In this document: in pieces, positions 61,154 through 64,000 of the stretch
Position numbering within the stretch: position 1 is the stretch's first letter
Layout: each line of letters opens with the position of its first letter
Source: Octopus sinensis
Taxonomy: Eukaryota
Assembly: GCF_006345805.1 (NCBI RefSeq)
Contig: NC_043009.1
Location: forward strand, 68,572,001-68,636,000
Length of the DNA stretch: 64,000 bases
Direction of reading: 5' to 3'
Notes under the pieces: model-generated
The model's input: the letters and a program-made list of their open reading frames with translations, nothing else
Told to the model about the DNA's origin: nothing
The model's database searches: none
Position numbers and translations under genes: made by a program

Positions 61154-62110
61154 TTAATATTTAGCAGACATGCCCTTTGCATTTTTCATTTCAAGGACCC
61201 TAATAGGCATGTTAATGATCAGAGAACGAATATTCTCTTGAAGAATTTCTTGCCAAGTTTTATGCAATAATCTTAAAAGATCCGGCTTTGAAGATGCTTT
61301 CTTGTTCATTTTATGAAGTGTCCTGTCCGTTATGTCCCAGAGGTGCTAAATAAGGCTCATATCTGGTTACTGGCTGGGCCATGGAAGCTTTTTAATGCCA
61401 TTCTCATCCAACAGATGTTTGGTCTTTTTAAGCCATGTGACAAGGAACCCCACCTTCCGTAAATAAAGAGTCTTCTTTAATCATTTCACTACGGGAGAAG
61501 ATCAGAAGGAGTCCTTTCTGCAATATGGACACATATTTATCTGAGTTTATGTTTCCCTCACACTCCACCAGCTCTGATCGACCATTGCTCCAAATTGCTC
61601 CACAGACCATCACAGAATTAGCTGCCATGTTTCATTGTTGGCTTCAATCTTTTCACATCAAATTCTTGCTCACAGAGTCTCCAGACCCACATTTGACCAC
61701 TGTCTGGAAATACAGCAAATCTGGACTCCTCAGAGAATATGACAGTGTCCCAAAATGCTAGTGGCCTCTCCACCATCTCACTGGTCCAATCTTTTCTCCA
61801 CTTATGTTGGCTGGTTGAAGAAATGGCTTCTTTCTTGCTGCTCTGCCATAGTAACCAAGTTTATGGGGACACCCGACAGCTGTTCTGCGACTGACATCAA
61901 CTTGTTATGCTATGACAGAGGCCTTGCAACATGAATCATCTTCCACACTTCTCTTAGAAAAGAGAAGGGTCCTGTCAGAGGGCCTTGGTTGATCTGGGCG
62001 AGGTAATGTGGACTCCTTCCCCACTCTGTAGAAAGCAGGATCCCAAGGTTTTCTGTGATTTTACGCTGGCTATGTCCACCTTCAATACAGCCTCATTGAA
62101 ATTCAGGCAG
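61154..62110 (-). mobile_element. Fossil Tc1-type (DD34E) transposase
   Basis: Interrupted translation GYYGRAARKKPFL, WDTVIFSEESRF, VMVCGAIWSNGRSELVECEGNINSDKYVSILQKGLL, LFTEGGVPCH, LPWPSQ*PDMSLI*HLWD. Confidence 0.85.
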
Positions 62111-62229
62111 TTCCAAGTGTGTGTGTAATCTTCTACAAAAATTTTTTATTACTTCTTAGCTCATAAATGAGCACAAAAAAACATTCTATACACGGAGTAT
62201 TGTCTCCATAAAAAATTCTCATATGTTTA

Positions 62230-62286
<57 letters not shown>

Positions 62287-63160
62287 TACACATTATGTTT
62301 ATGAATTTGTGTAGCAAAATTCCTAATGTGAAGTGTGTTGAAACAGATGTTGTATTTTGGGATGGTCAGGTTTTTTTTTTGTGCATGTGTCAAATAAACA
62401 CATGCAATATAGAAAGGAATAAGCAGAGCAAGAGTGCACACAAAGACGGAAAGTGTCATCGAGGAGGTCACAGATGTGTGATGAAAGATTTCCAGACAAT
62501 ATACAGGAGTTGGAATAAGAACAGTAAGAAACGAGTGAAGATTGAATATATGGTGTATGTGTTTATTTGGGAAAAAAAAAACGACCATCCTGAAATACAC
62601 ACACACGCACACATACACAGCCATATACAAACCCATACACACACACAGATGTATATAATGCTTTTTGTTGTATCTTATACTTTAAGCCTAAGCTTTATTC
62701 TTGTCCCCTTGTGTGAGAAGTGAAGATGCTTTCTCAAAGAGATTCTCCTAACAATAAAATTCTTTTTCAATTAACTTTGGCACAAACCATAAAATTCTTA
62801 GATTTACCAAAACAAAGAAAAAAAAAAGTAATCAATTTGTTTTTCACCATATTTTTAATAGAAAAAAAAAATCACCTTACATAGCCCATACTTTGATAAT
62901 GTGAAATATTTTAACTCATTTGAAGAATGCTATTAAGCTATGGACATAAATCAAGTCGATTAGATTAGTTTAAACATTAACAAAGGAGGATAAATTATTT
63001 GGAAGAAAACAATTTCTAAAAATATCTAAATCTACAAATGAACAATGATGAAACTGGATATAAATAAATGATGTGTAATACAAAGCCATATATGGTGTGA
63101 TAAAATGTCAAGAATAAATTTGGTAGAGAAAGTGGGCCTTCACTAAGATCCCTGGTGTTA

Positions 63161-63425
63161 AAGTGCATGGCTTAGTGGTTAGGGTATTTGACACATGAGC
63201 ATAAGGTTGTGAGTTCGATTCACAGCAGAACGTTGTGCCCTTGAGCAAAACAATATTACACATTGCTCCAGTCCCCTCAGCTGGCAAAAATGTGCTGTAC
63301 CTGTATTTCAAAGGACCGGTCTTGTCCTATTCTGTGTCACATTGAAATTCCCTGAGAACTATGTTAAAGGTATACACGTGTCTGTGGAGCACTCAGCCAC
63401 TTGCACATTAATTTCACAACTGGAA
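63161..63425 (+). mobile_element. tRNA-derived SINE (third family)
   Basis: TGGCTTAGTGGTT A-box, GAGTTCGATTC B-box, TGTGCCCTTGAGCAA CORE-like segment. Confidence 0.7.
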
Positions 63426-64000
63426 CACTCATCTTCATGACTGACAGAGTGCCCAGACAATACATTTCCCTTCATTTACGGTCTTCAGCCATCAAGAAAG
63501 ATGCTCAAAACTAAATAACCATAATCCAAATTACAACAGAAAAACTGTCAAAAGACTAAATGATGATGATTACCATCATCATCATCGTCCTAATTCAACC
63601 CTACCACAGCTGGAGTTAGTCTTTGGGACTCCATAATAGTCTTCATCATACTGGTCATTGCTGCCATTTTCAAAGCATTATTTTAAGGCCAGATGCCCTT
63701 CTTGACACCAGTGTTTCATAGTTAATACTAAGAGAATTCACTTTCCATCAAATAAAACTACAGCCCATACAGTAATAATAACAAATGTCAAGTATTCTTC
63801 CTACTAAAACAAAATCAGGTTTTGTAAAAATATTAATGATATATTCTGAAATCAGATGTGCTTGTAGATCAATAAACCGTGATGAATCTATGAAACAGAA
63901 ATACTGGAAACATCGAGTTTACTTCAACAAAGATCAAGTTTTTATCTGAACATGCTGCAACAACCAAAAATAACAATCGGCTTTTAAAATATTGTGTATG

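Noticed and set aside
57991-64000. Expected upstream BLTP1 exon (GPWADRQ-like, ending phase 2)
   Set aside because: No matching peptide with splice sites was found. It probably lies beyond the window end.

Overview
AT-rich, microsatellite- and TE-dense animal genomic DNA. The SINE/LINE repertoire looks like an Octopus genome (inference from recalled repeat families, not a search). One protein-coding gene spans the window on the minus strand: BLTP1 (KIAA1109/tweek/lpd-3), a bridge-like lipid transfer protein. I traced 28 internal exons from 57990 down to 1443. All have GT-AG boundaries and consistent phases, giving 8861 nt, about 2953 codons. The 5' and 3' ends of the gene lie outside the window. 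Introns hold two tRNA-derived SINE families, many RTE-LINE 3' ends, three piggyBac-like TTAA MITE families, a hAT element with an 8-bp TSD, a Helitron, a probable Helentron/HINE, Tc1 and mariner fossils, several long foldback palindromes and a 2.2-kb punctuated (TA)n array. The most interesting signals are: a minimal type-I hammerhead-ribozyme motif (33117-33152) plus two CpG-decayed relatives; asymmetric foldback elements sitting in (TA)n tracts; a candidate 21-nt in-frame microexon; and abundant intronic dsRNA-forming sequence relevant to cephalopod A-to-I editing. No prokaryotic-type system (CRISPR, operon) is present. Most ORFs in the supplied track are microsatellite or repeat artefacts.
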